From the NCBI GenBank assembly GCA_964016885.1, contig OZ024766.1:6014001-6078000 (forward strand): a DNA stretch of 64,000 nucleotides, written 5' to 3'. A program made the translations under genes and the position numbers. This DNA is from Eledone cirrhosa. Lineage: Eukaryota. Position 1 is the stretch's first letter. Every line of letters begins with the position of its first letter. The notes beneath the pieces were generated by a model that worked only from the letters and a program-made list of their open reading frames with translations, was not told the DNA's origin and did not search any database. Shown in pieces: positions 1-12,219 of the stretch.

Positions 1-204
1 AGCGCCAAAGATCTCGGTCCAGTGACATTGTCTTGGAGAGGTGTAAGTGTGTATATATATATATATACACACACATATATATATAAATGTAAACACATAT
101 ATATTAATTAAAGAGACTTACTAAAAGATGCAGCGGTGGAGGTGAACGAAATGCCAAAACTTGCTTAAGGTAGAGATCCAGAAAGGGTTTCTGTAAAAGA
201 ATTT

Positions 205-800
205 AAATAAATATAAACACTTTGACTATTTTGTTATTTTATTTAGGGTTTGGAACATAACTTAATACAGGTTCTTAAATAAAAATTAGCTTTTTAGATA
301 AATATAAACACTTTAAAACAGTTTTGCATCAGAGAAGCAGGGGCATTTGGAACATAACTTAACAAAGGTTCTTACATAGAGTTATAATGGAAGGTTTTTA
401 GATAAATATAAACACTTTAACCCTTTCATTACCATATTTCTAATGAAAGACACTGTTGGTGTTTGGAACATAACTTAACAAAGGTTCTGACATAAAATTA
501 TGATGGAAGGTTTTTAGATAAATATAAACACTTTAACCCTTTCATTACCATATTTCTAATGAAAGACACTGTTGGTGTTTGGAACATAACTTAACAAAGG
601 TTCTTACATAAAATTATGATGGTAGGATTCTAGATAAATATAAACACTTTAACCCTTTCATTACCATATTTCTAATGAAAGACACTGTTGGTGTTTGGAA
701 CATAACTTAACAAAGGTTCTGACATAAAATTATGATGGAAGGTTTTTAGATAAATATAAACACTTTAACCCTTTCATTACCATATTTCTAATGAAAGATA
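205..800. repeat. 116-bp AT-rich tandem repeat, about 4-5 copies
   Basis: gataaatataaacac at 401, 517, 633 and 749. Confidence 0.9.
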
Positions 801-1109
801 TTGCTTATATTTTTCAAATAATTGTTTTAAATAATCAAGAATTTAAAGGAATTTAGTAATAGAACTTTATCAAGCTGGTGTTTGGAACACAAAAATAATA
901 TCTATAATATACACAATATACATCCCTAACATCTAAACTGAATAATTTGATAATTGCTGTGAATTATCTCCCTTTATTCAGAGTTGCCAAATTAGATTCT
1001 TCCATGTTAGCATGGGTTGTGACAAGTCAGGTTAGATGACCATGTCTTGCTCATACGGAACTCTTTCTGGCTTGGTTTCTATGGCTGGATGCCCTTCCTA
1101 ACGCCAACC

Positions 1110-3830
1110 GCAATTTGTGACACCTACATGACCACTTTACAGTGTGGACTGGGTGCTGTTTGTTGTGACACCTACATGACCACTTTACAGTGTGGACTGG
1201 GTACTTTTTGTCGTGACACCTACATGACCACTTTACAGTATGGACTGGGTACTTTTTGTCATGACACCTACATGACCACTTTACAGTGTGGACTGGGTAC
1301 TTTTTGTCATGACACCTACATGACCACTTTACAGTGTGGACTGGGTACTTTTTGTCATGACACCTACATGACCACTTTACAGTGTGGACTGGGTACTTTT
1401 TGTCATGACACCTACATGACCACTTTACAGTGTGGACTGGGTACTTTTTGTCATGACACCTACATGACCACTTGACAGTGTGGACTGGGTGCATTTTGTC
1501 ATGACACCTACATGACCACTTTACAGTGTGGACTGGGTACTTTTTGTCATGACACCTACATGACCACTTTACAGTGTGGACTGGGTGCTTTTTGTCATGA
1601 CACCTACATGACCACTTTACAGTATGGACTGGGTGCTTTTTGTTGTGACACCTACATGATCACTTTACAGTGTGGACTGGGTGCTTTTTGTCATGGCACC
1701 TACATGACCACTTTACAGTGTGGACTGGGTGCTTCTTGTCATGACACCTACATGACCACTTTACAGAGTGGACTGGGTGCTTTTTGTCATGACACCTACA
1801 TGACCACTTTACAGTGTGGACTGGGTGCTTTTTGTTGTGACACCTACATGACCACTTTACAGTGTGGACTGGGTGCTTTTTGTCGTGACACCTACATGAC
1901 CACTTTACAGTGTGGACTGGGTGCTTTTTGTTGTGACACCTACATGACCACTTTACAGTGTGGACTGGGTGCTTTTTGTTGTGACACCTACATGACCACT
2001 TTACAGTGTGGACTGGGTACTTTTTGTTGTGACACCTACATGACCACTTTACAGTGTGGACTGGGTACTTTTTGTCGTGACACCTACATGACCACTTTAC
2101 AGTGTGGACTGGGTACTTTTTGTTGTGACACCTACATGACCACTTTACAGTGTGGACTGGGTACTTTTTGTCGTGACACCTACATGACCACTTTACAGTG
2201 TGGACTGGGTGCCTTTTTGTCGTGACACCTACATGACCACTTTACAGTGTGGACTGGGTACTTTTTGTCGTGACACCTACATGACCACTTTACAGTGTGG
2301 ACTGGGTGCTTTTTGTTGTGACACCTACATGACCACTTTACAGTGTGGACTGGGTACTTTTTGTCGTGACACCTACATGACCACTTTACAGTGTGGACTG
2401 GGTACTTTTTGTTGTGACACCTACATGACCACTTTACAGTGTGGACTGGGTGCCTTTTTGTCGTGACACCTACATGACCACTTTACAGTGTGGACTGGGT
2501 ACTTTTTGTCGTGACACCTACATGACCACTTTACAGTGTGGACTGGGTGCTTTTTGTTGTGACACCTACATGACCACTTTACAGTGTGGACTGGGTGCTT
2601 TTTGTTGTGACACCTACATGACCACTTTACAGTGTGGACTGGGTGCCTTTTTGTCGTGACACCTACATGACCACTTTACAGTGTGGACTGGGTGCTTTTT
2701 GTTGTGACACCTACATGACCACTTTACAGTGTGGACTGGGTGCTTTTTGTCGTGACACCTACATGACCACTTTACAGTGTGGACTGGGTGCCTTTTTGTC
2801 ATGACACCTACATGACCACTTTACAGTGTGGAGTGGGTGCCTTTTTGTCATGACACCTACATGACCACTTTACAGTGTGGACTGGGTGCTTTTTGTTGTG
2901 ACACCTACATGACCACTTTACAGTGTGGACTGGGTGCTTTTTGTCGTGACACCTACATGACCACTTTACAGTGTGGACTGGGTGCCTTTTTGTCGTGACA
3001 CCTACATGACCACTTTACAGTGTGGACTGGGTGCTTTTTGTTGTGACACCTACATGACCACTTTACAGTGTGGACTGGGTGCTTTTTGTCGTGACACCTA
3101 CATGACCACTTTACAGTGTGGACTGGGTGCCTTTTTGTCATGACACCTACATGACCACTTTACAGTGTGGACTGGGTGCCTTTTTGTCATGACACCTACA
3201 TGACCACTTTACAGTGTGGACTGGGTGCTTTTTGTTGTGACACCTACATGACCACTTTACAGTGTGGACTGGGTGCTTTTTGTCGTGACACCTACATGAC
3301 CACTTTACAGTGTGGACTGGGTGCCTTTTTGTCATGACACCTACATGACCACTTTACAGTATGGACTGGGTGCTTTTTGTCGTGACACCTACATGACCAC
3401 TTTACAGTGTGGACTGGGTGCCTTTTTGTCATGACACCTACATGACCACTTTACAGTGTGGACTGGGTGCTTTTTGTCGTGACACCTACATGACCACTTT
3501 ACAGTGTGGACTGGGTGCTTTTTGTTGTGACACCTACATGACCACTTTACAGTGTGGACTGGGTACTTTTTGTTGTGACACCTACATGACCACTTTACAG
3601 TGTGGACTGGGTGCTTTTTGTCGTGACACCTACATGACCACTTTACAGTGTGGACTGGGTACTTTTTGTCATGACACCTACATGACCACTTTACAGTGTG
3701 GACTGGGTGCTTTTTGTTGTGACACCTACATGACCACTTTACAGTGTGGACTGGGTGCTTTTTGTTGTGACACCTACATGACCACTTTACAGAGTGAACT
3801 GGGTGCCTTTTTGTCGTGACACCTCCACAT
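1110..3830. repeat. 48-bp minisatellite, about 56 copies, SINE-derived
   Basis: Unit tgacacctacatgaccactttacagtgtggactgggtgctttttgt(c/t)g, preceded by SINE 3' sequence at about 1000-1110. Confidence 0.95.
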
Positions 3831-3836
3831 TCTTAC

Positions 3837-3971
3837 CTTGGATGACTGGATGCAGGCCTTGTTCTTCGTGTTGTGCAGATGCCGCATGAGGATGGAGGCG
3901 AGGCACAGCTGATATGGTGCACCTTCCAGAGAGGTGAGGTGTTCAATATACATGTGGACTGTGGTGGGGGA
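3837..3971 (-). CDS. GCN1: GCN1 coding exon 6 (SPTTVHMYIEHLTSLEGAPYQLCLASILMRHLHNTKNKACIQSSK)
   Basis: tctctctacAG acceptor, AAG|GTAAGA donor, 135 nt, phase 0 to 0. Collinear with the 45-aa GCN1 block NPGLVEQYLSAILSLEP...HK. The gene continues beyond position 1. Confidence 0.9.
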
Positions 3972-4194
3972 CTGTAGAGAGAGATGTGAGAGATACGTAC
4001 ATAAATATGTATATATATAAATATATATATAAAGAATGATTAATAAAATAGGTAGACATCATAAAAAGGTAATTTATTGCCAGTGTTTACAAATGTTTCT
4101 TTAGTAGTTACACAGCCTAGTCGTGCTATATGCGAATCGGTAGTTATTTATTTGCAGATACTCAATTTTCAAATGCTGTTCGTACCACCAATTC

Positions 4195-4230
<36 letters not shown>

Positions 4231-4235
4231 TTCAA

Positions 4236-4655
4236 TTTACGTCCGCTTTTCCCTGCTTGCAAGGGTGGGACGGCAACTGATTCTGGCTTGATTTCTACAG
4301 CTGGATGCGCTTCCTAACACCAACCTCATTTACAGTGAGTGCTGGGTGCTTTTTTTCCGTGGCACCTCCACGACCACTTTACAGTGAGTGCCGAGTGTTT
4401 TCTTGCCATGGCACCTCCACGACCACTTTACAGTGAGTGCTGGGTGCTTTTTTGCCGTGGCACCTCCACGACCACTTTACAGTGGAATGATAGGGACCCC
4501 AGTCCCTATCAGCTCATTTCTACAGCTGAGTAAACTGGAGCAATGTGAAATAAAGTGTCTTGCTCAAGGAAACAACACATCACCCGGTCTGAGAATTGAA
4601 CTCACAACCTTTCGATTGCAAGGCCAATGCTCTAACCACTAAGCCATGTGCCTCC
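4236..4655 (-). mobile_element. tRNA-derived SINE (family A) with internal 48-bp repeats
   Basis: Minus head GGAGGCACATGGCTTAGTGG (A box)...GAGTTCAATTC (B box); central CCTTGAGCAAGACACTT...CTCAGCTGTAGAAATGAG. Confidence 0.85.
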
Positions 4656-5013
4656 ATATATATATATATTAATTGGTGAAATATATTTCTTTATTTTATG
4701 AAATATATACAAAGGAGATTAATCATTTTAAAAGGTATCTATATTTGAAGTTCTAGTTAAACTTTAATTAGTTACCTACCTAGCTGTGTGTGCTTACATT
4801 CTTTACAAATTATTCCCTGTGATTGTTCCATGTGTTTATTTTATATATATTTTTATATATATATATGTGTCAATCTATTTTTAGTTGATATAAAATGCTC
4901 GGATCTATTCATTGGAATCTTTGAGCTTATTCTGCAGTGAATATGACGCATGTCTCTCTGACATGACACCCTTAATTTAATTTTGATATATATAGACAAA
5001 TATACAGATACAT

Positions 5014-5063
<50 letters not shown>

Positions 5064-5090
5064 TAGAGAGAGAGAGAGAGAAAGACATAC

Positions 5091-5189
5091 CTTATTCCAC
5101 AACCTGGTAATATGCCTGTTAGCAACATTGTTAAGTTTATTTAGTCGGGCCGACTGGCAACCATAAAGTAGGAGTGATTGTAGCTCCAC
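5091..5189 (-). CDS. GCN1: GCN1 coding exon 5 (VELQSLLLYGCQSARLNKLNNVANRHITRLWNK)
   Basis: ctgtcactAG acceptor, AAG|GTATGT donor, 99 nt, phase 0 to 0. Matches GCN1 VEVQCLLLLEVLGG...KKLTKLWKE. Confidence 0.93.
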
Positions 5190-5206
5190 CTAGTGACAGA
5201 AAGACA

Positions 5207-7290
5207 GATGGATAGATATATTTCTTTATTTGCCACAAGGGCGCACAAGAAAAGGGGACAATACAAAGACATGCCGGGGATTTTATAGTCGTGTAAAAAA
5301 TATAAAAACAAACAATTACAACAATCGAAATCCCCAATAGGGGGGGAGGCGCCACAAATGGGTTGTTTAATACCCCGTAGATAGAACAACCCTCAACTCC
5401 AGGAGCGTGTTGTGCAAGTGCTCCCTTCTTCCTTTTGCTCTCTTCCTCAACCTACAGGTTTATAAACAGAGAAGGTCCAATCACTCGGGCCATTTTCGCT
5501 TCATTCACCCACCTTTCAGTAAATTTACTGGGGTGCAGTGCCTCTCTCTCCACCCTGATTCTCCTTCTAAAGTGGTACCTAAAGAAGGGAGTGAGTTGTT
5601 GTCCGGAGAGAAAGGCATCTGTCCTCAGTCCTCTCAACCTCGTCCACCATATAACACCTTTCAGTAAATTTACTGGGGTGCAGTGCCTCTCTCTCCACCC
5701 TGATTCTCCTTCTAAAGTGGTACCTAAAGAAGGGAATGAGTTGTTGTCCAGAGAGAAAGGCATCTGTCCTCAGTCCTCTCAACCTCGTCCACCATATAAC
5801 ACCTTTCAGTAAATTTACTGGGGTGCAGTGCCTCTCTCTCCACTCTGATTCTCCTTCTAAAGTGGTACCTAAAGAAGGGAATGAGTTGTTGTCCGGAGAG
5901 AAAGGCATCTGTCCTCAGTCCTCTCAACCTCGTCCACCATATAACACCTTTCAGTAAATTTACTGGGGTGCAGTGCCTCACTCTCCACTCTGATTCTCCT
6001 TCTAAAGTGGTACCTAAAGAAGGGAATGAGTTGTTGTCCGGAGAGAAAGGCATCTATCCTCAGTCCTCTCAACCTCGTCCACCATATAACACCTTTCAGT
6101 AAATTTACTGGGGTGCAGTGCCTCTCTCTCCACCCTGATTCTCCTTCTAAAGTGGTACCTAAAGAAGGGAATGAGTTGTTGTCCGGAGAGAAAGGCATCT
6201 GTCCTCAGTCCTCTCAATCTCGTCCACCATATAACACCTTTCAGTAAATTTACTGGGGTGCAGTGCCTCTCTCTCCACCCTGATTCTCCTTCTAAAGTGG
6301 TACCTAAAGAAGGGAATGAGTTGTTGTCCGGAGAGAAAGGCATCTGTCCGCAGTCCTCTCAACCTCGTCCACCATATAACACCTTTCAGTAAATTTACTG
6401 GGGTGCAGTGCCTCTCTCTCCACTCTGATTCTCCTTCTAAAGTGGTACCTAAAGAAGGGAATGAGTTGTTGTCCGGAGAGAAAGGCATCTGTCCTCAGTC
6501 CTCTCAACCTCGTCCACCATATAACACCTTTCAGTAAATTTACTGGGGTGCAGTGCCTCTTTCTCCATTCTGATTCTCCTTCTAAAGTGGTACCTAAAGA
6601 AGGGAATGAGTTGTTGTCCGGAGAGAAAGGCATCTGTCCTCAGTCCTCTCAACCTCGTCCACCATATAACACCTTTCAGTAAATTTACTGGGGTGCAGTG
6701 CCTCTCTCTCCACCCTGATTCTCCTTCTAAAGTGATACTTAAAGAAGGGAATGAGTTGTTGTCCGGAGAGAAAGGCATCTGTCCTCAGTCCTCTCAACCT
6801 CGTCCACCATATAACACCTTTCAGTAAATTTACTGGGGTGCAGTGCCTCTTTCTCCATTCTGATTCTCCTTCTAAAGTGGTACCTAAAGAAGGGAATGAG
6901 TTGTTGTCCTGAGAGAAAGGCATCTGTCCTCAGTCCTCTCAATCTCGTCCACCATATAACACCTTTCAGTAAATTTACTGGGGTGCAGTGCCTCTCTCTC
7001 CACTCTGATTCTCCTTCTAAAGTGGTACCTAAAGAAGGGAATGAGTTGTTGTCCTGAGAGAAAGGCATCTGTCCTCAGTCCTCTCAACCTCGTCCACCAT
7101 AGCCACTATAGAGAGGAAAACCGCCTCTCTTTCGTTTTTGAAAGAGGTGGTGGTTTGATCCTTACTATGGACTCGGCAGTCAACTGGATTTGTCCCATAC
7201 GCGACAGCAGTTGTTCTGCATAGTTCCACAGGTCGGTTACGCCCGGGCAGTGTACAATTGCGTGCAAGACTGTTTCAATGTCCTAGATAG
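5207..7290 (-). mobile_element. 5'-truncated L1/Tx1-like LINE 3' end containing an internal 145-bp tandem array
   Basis: Minus translation DIETVLHAIVHCPGVTDLWNY (ET..H...CP..W, the C-terminal zinc-knuckle region of L1-clade ORF2) ...WWTRLRGLR...FFRYHFRRRIRVERE...FTERW...FINL*, followed by a 3'UTR, AATAAA and a TATC-like tail. Confidence 0.75.
5513..7100. repeat. 145-bp tandem array, about 11 copies, LINE-derived
   Basis: Period 145 is visible in the sequence and in the ORF spacing. Confidence 0.95.
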
Positions 7291-7330
7291 ACAGATAAGT
7301 GGATGGAGTGTCTCGTCAAAAATGTACATC

Positions 7331-8522
7331 CAAGGTTGTATCTCATAGGAGGTTTCTAGGGTGCTTTAATGATAGGGACCCCAGTCCTATCATGTTGTTA
7401 CAGCTCACACCTATGTAGGTTTAGCTGGCCTCCTACAAGGTTGTATCTTATAGGAGGTTTCTAGGGTGCTTTAATGATAGGGGACCCCAGTCCTATCATG
7501 TTGTTACATCTCACACCTATGTAGGTTTAGCTGGCCTCCTACAAGGTTGTATCTCACAGGAGGTTTCTTGGGTGCCTTAATGATAGGGACCCCAGTCCTA
7601 TCATGTTGTTACAGCTCACACCTATGTAGGTTTAGCTGGTCTCCTACAAGGTTGTATCTCACAGGAGGTTTCTTGGGTGCCTTAATGATAGGGACCCCAG
7701 TCCTATCATGTTGTTACATCTCACACCTATGTAGGTTTAGCTGGCCTCCTACAAGGTTGTATCTTATAGGAGGTTTCTAGGGTGCTTTAATGATAGGGAC
7801 CCCAGTCTTATGTTGTTACATCTCACACCTATATAGGTTTAGCTGGCCTCCTACAAGGTTGTATCTCACAGGAGGTTTCTTGGGTGCCTTAATGATAGGG
7901 ACCCCAGTCCTATCATGTTGTTACATCTCACACCTATGTAGGTTTAGCTGGCCTCCTACAAGGTTGTATCTTATAGGAGGTTTCTAGGGTGCTTTAATGA
8001 TAGGGACCCCAGTCTTATGTTGTTACATCTCACACCTATATAGGTTTAGCTGGCCTCCTACAAGGTTGTATCTCACAGGAGGTTTCTTGGGTGCCTTAAT
8101 GATAGGGACCCCAGTCCTATCATGTTGTTACATCTCACACCTATGTAGGTTTAGCTGGCCTCCTACAAGGTTGTATCTCACAGGAGGTTTCTTGGGTGTT
8201 TTAATGATAGGGACCCCAGTCCTATCATGTTGTTACATCTCACACCTATGTAGGTTTAGCTGGTCTCCTACAAGGTTGTATCTCACAGGAGGTTTCTTGG
8301 GTGTTTTAATGATAGGGACCCCAGTCCTATCATGTTGTTACATCTCACACCTATATAGGTTTAGCTGCCCTCCTACAAGGTTGTATCTCACAGGAGGTTT
8401 CTTGGGTGTTTTAATGATAGGGGACCCCAGCCCCCTATCATGTTGTTATGACTCACACCCATGTAGATTTAGCTGGGATTTCTAGGGTGTCTTAAAGATA
8501 GGGGACCCTAATCCTATCATGA
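7331..8522. repeat. ~105-bp tandem array, about 11 copies
   Basis: caaggttgtatc recurs at 7331, 7436, 7542, 7647 and onward. Shares aatgatagggaccccagtcc with SINE A. Confidence 0.9.
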
Positions 8523-8684
8523 CCCCCCCCCCCCCCCCCCCACAAAAATAAAAAATCTTAAATCAAAAACAAAACACTCCACCTCCTGCCCCAAGAACCA
8601 AACCCTCAAAATCGTGGGTGCCAACACCCTAACTCCCAGGCCAGGTGCCGCCACCGTAGTGGTCAGTTTAGAAAAGATACTCAC

Positions 8685-8793
8685 AAGTGCTTTGAGGTCC
8701 TGTTTAGGGCAGGGGTTGTCGAGGGTAAAAACTCGGTCTGCCACAACACAAGTCCAAATAAGAGCTTTTAGAGATTCACCAGAAATAGATTTA
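8685..8793 (-). CDS. GCN1: GCN1 coding exon 4 (SKSISGESLKALIWTCVVADRVFTLDNPCPKQDLKAL)
   Basis: tccttctctcgtttcAG acceptor, |GTGAGT donor, 109 nt, phase 2 to 0. Matches GCN1 SKSSGSAALLALTWTCLLVRIVFP. Confidence 0.93.
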
Positions 8794-8939
8794 CTGAAAC
8801 GAGAGAAGGAAAAGAAAGGGTAAAGATTTAATTAAGACTTTTTATGAGGTAAAAGGCAGAGAGTTATGGCCCTTCACTGTCGGGGCGGTCAGTTTCAGCT
8901 GGTTTGAACAGAGAGGTGAGATAATTCTGGCTAGTTTAA

Positions 8940-10441
8940 CCCTAAAGCATTTACATTACTCTATATATACTATTGTATTTTCACAGTAAAGGCTTTACCT
9001 CACATAATATCTCACATAACAATTACATTACTCTATATATACTATTGTATTTTCACAGTAAAGGCTTTACCTCACATAATATCTCACATAACATTTACAT
9101 TACTCTATATATACTATTGTATTGTCACAGTAAAGGCTTTACCTCACATCACATTTACATTACTCTATATATACTATTGTATTTTCACAGTAAAGGCTTT
9201 ACCTCACATCACATTTACATTACTCTATATATACTATTGTATTTTCACAGTAAAGGCTTTACCTCACATCACATTTACATTACTCTATATATACTATTGT
9301 ATTGTCACAGTAAAGGCTTTACCTCACATCACATTTACATTACTCTATATATACTATTGTATTTTCACAGTAAAGGTTTTACCTCACATAATATCTCACA
9401 TAACATTTACATTACTCTATATATACTATTGTATTTTCACAGTAAAAGCTTTACCTCACATAATATCTCACATAACATTTACATTACTCTATATATACTA
9501 TTGTATTGTCACAGTAAAGGCTTTACCTCACATAATATCTCACATAACATTTACATTACTCTATATATACTATTGTATTGTCACAGTAAAGGCTTTACCT
9601 CACATAATATCTCACATAACATTTACATTACTCTATATATACTATTGTATTTTCACAGTAAAGGCTTTACCTCACATAATATCTCACATAACATTTACAT
9701 TACTCTATATATACTATTGTATTTTCACAGTAAAGGCTTTACCTCACATAACATTCACATTACTCTATATATACTATTGTATTTTCACAGTAAAAGCTTT
9801 ACCTCACATAATATCTCGCATAACATTTACATTACTCTATATATACTATTGTATTTTCACAGTAAAGGCTTTATCTCACATAACATTTACATTACTCTAT
9901 ATATACTATTGTATTTTCACAGTAAAGGCTTTACCTCACATATCTCACATAACATTTACATTACTCTATATATACTATTGTATTTTCACAGTAAAGGCTT
10001 TACCTCACATAGTATCTCACATAACATTTACATTACTCTATATATACTATTGTATTTTCACAGTAAAGGCTTTACCTCACATAGTATCTCACATAACATT
10101 TACATTACTCTATATATACTATTGTATTTTCACAGTAAAGGCTTTACCTCACATAATATCTCACATAACATTTACATTACTCTATATATACTATTGTATT
10201 TTCACAGTAAAGGCTTTACCTCACATAATATCTCACATAACATTTACATTACTCTATATATACTATTGTATTTTCACAGTAAAGGCTTTACCTCACATAA
10301 CATTTACATTACTCTATATATACTATTGTATTTTCACAGTAAAGGCTTTACCTCACATAATATCAAATCTATGAAATTTTGAGAACAATACCTTAACATC
10401 AGTATGAGTGGCCGGTTACAACCAGTTTAAATACTAAAGGG
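8940..10441. mobile_element. TTAA-flanked non-autonomous DNA element (piggyBac-like MITE) filled by a 60/75-bp tandem array
   Basis: TTAA|CCCTAAAGCATTTA ... TAAATACTAAAGGG|TTAA imperfect TIRs; array at 8948-10365 with about 20 units. Confidence 0.7.
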
Positions 10442-10479
10442 TTAATTAAGCTCACAGACACACAGATACTCAGACTTAC

Positions 10480-10678
10480 CTGGATGTGCTGAATGTCTTC
10501 TGGTAGTTAGCAAATGCCGCAAGGGCAGAGCAGATAGACTTCAAGGTGGCCTGAGGGTGGGTCTCAGACAGTTGTGATATGACAGACACCACGGCCAGCT
10601 GGGAACTACGATCATTGTAACGACCCAGCGTCAGCAACAGGTACCGAAATATACCTTTGATGGCAGCTTCTGGGAGAG
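10480..10678 (-). CDS. GCN1: GCN1 coding exon 3 (ALPEAAIKGIFRYLLLTLGRYNDRSSQLAVVSVISQLSETHPQATLKSICSALAAFANYQKTFSTS)
   Basis: tttatAG acceptor, AG|GTAAGT donor, 199 nt, phase 1 to 2, open frame. Matches GCN1 DLPEGAVKGLCKLFCLTLHRYRDAASRRAL...QPEAT. Confidence 0.95.
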
Positions 10679-10792
10679 CTATAAATGGTGTGGTTGGTGG
10701 TAGTGGTGGTAGTTGTGATGTGGGAGAGATTAAAAAAGAGAAAGAGAGAACAATTATAAATACATGTGTCTATATATATATATATATATATC

Positions 10793-11358
10793 ATCATCAT
10801 TTAACGTCCGCTTTTCCCTGCTTGCAAGGGTGGGACGGGAACTGATTCTGGCTTGATTTCTACAGCTGGATGCCCTTCCTAACACCAACCTCATTTACAG
10901 TGAGTGCTGGGTGCTTTCTTGCCGTGGCACCTCCACGACCACTTTACAGTGAGTGCTGGTGCTTTTTTGCCGTGGCACCTCCATGCCCACTTTACAGTGA
11001 GTGCTGGGTGCTTTTTTGCCGTGGCCCCTCCACGACCACTTTACAGTGAGTGCCGGGTGTTTTTTTGCCGTGGCACCTCCACAACCACTTTACAGTGAGT
11101 GCTGGGTGCTTTTTTGCCGTGGCACCTCCACGACCACTTTACAGTGAGTGCTGGGAGCTTTTTTGCCGTGGCACCTCCACGACCACTTTACAGTGGAATG
11201 ATAGGGACCCCAGTCCCTATCATCTCATTTCTACAGCTGAGTAAACTGGAGCAATGTGAAATAAAGTGTCTTGCTCAAGGAAACAACACATCACCCGGTC
11301 TGAGAATTGAACTCACAACCTTTCGATTGCAAGGCCAATGCTCTAACCACTAAGCCAT
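10793..11358 (-). mobile_element. tRNA SINE family A, with about 6-7 internal 48-bp units
   Basis: Near-identical to 4236-4655; (GAT)n tail. Confidence 0.85.
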
Positions 11359-11430
11359 ATATATATATATACTATAAGAATATAGGAACAAAGATTCAGT
11401 GTTGCATCATAACATACGTGTATTTAATAT

Positions 11431-11520
11431 CATATTACATATGTTTCACTATCTATCAGCTTGAGGCAAGACCAATTATAGATCAATACTGACTCTGTAA
11501 TTGAAAGATCGTCAGATATG
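11431..11520 (-). ncRNA. Hammerhead ribozyme-like motif with long stem II, on the GCN1 sense strand
   Basis: Minus strand CATAT-CTGACGA-(about 60 nt, partly paired)-GAAAC-ATAT-GTA-ATATG. Stem I CATAT/ATATG and palindromic stem III ACATATGT; the base of stem II is imperfect. Confidence 0.6.
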
Positions 11521-11580
11521 TTTCTAATATAATCTTGTCTCCGATTCTATACACACACACATTTCACTATGTTTTAAACT

Positions 11581-11650
11581 GCCTCGTCTGATGAACGAAT
11601 GAGGACGTTTTTCGTATTCGTCTTATTCGGGAAACCTCAGGTAATGAGGT
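11581..11650 (+). ncRNA. Hammerhead ribozyme (type I, Penelope-like minimal form)
   Basis: Stem I CCTCGT/ATGAGG; core CTGATGA (11588-11594); stem II CGAATGAGGACG/CGTCTTATTCG; GAAAC (11631); stem III ACC-TCA-GGT; cleavage triplet GTA (11641-11643). Confidence 0.8.
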
Positions 11651-11910
11651 AATTATATTGTATTGTTTATTATACATTATTTATATATATATATATATAT
11701 ATATTGTTATACTTTGGGAGGGTCATGTTGCCAATAAGAAACACACGCACCAGTTGCTTTCACTTCAATTTATTATATATTTATAAGGATTAAAATACTG
11801 GAGCGTGTTGGAGTTAATATTTTTACCCATAATCTTGCAATACTTTAGTGTATGTACACTCCATATTCTTCGGAGTTTTCGGCTTGTATTGGCCGATAAT
11901 ACTTCTTGTG

Positions 11911-11967
11911 GTTTTGATTGCCCTGATGAGTCCTTAATAGGACGAAACATTGTTGGCTAATAAAGAC
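11911..11967 (+). ncRNA. Hammerhead ribozyme (type I, minimal)
   Basis: GCC-CTGATGA-GTCCT-TAAT-AGGAC-GAAAC-ATT-GTT-GGC: perfect catalytic core, 5-bp stem II, short stem III, and stem I GCC/GGC extendable to GTTTTGATTGCC/GGCTAATAAAGAC. Confidence 0.85.
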
Positions 11968-12219
11968 TTTTGATGTATTGAAGGCTTCTTTGTTTTATTT
12001 TCATAATATATATATATAATATTTGTTTCTACTTTAGGCACAAGGCCAGCAATTACCCAGTGCATTACTGGTACTTTATTTTATCGACCCCGTAAATATA
12101 TAATATTAATAAAAGATCGGAGGCCATATTGAGTTGATACAGGTTTATTTAAAACTCTGTTAAATATATATTTCCCTGAGGTGCGCTTGTAAAGGGCCAC
12201 ATGTTTGACATGTCTGATG

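Noticed and set aside
1047-3819. Cys-rich 16-aa repeat ORFs (CGLGTFCHDTYMTTLQ)
   Set aside because: Translation of a SINE-derived 48-bp minisatellite with frequent 49-bp frameshifting units, lying in a GCN1 intron.
8973-10382. 469-aa His/Tyr/Ile repeat ORF
   Set aside because: Tandem array inside a MITE, antisense within a GCN1 intron.
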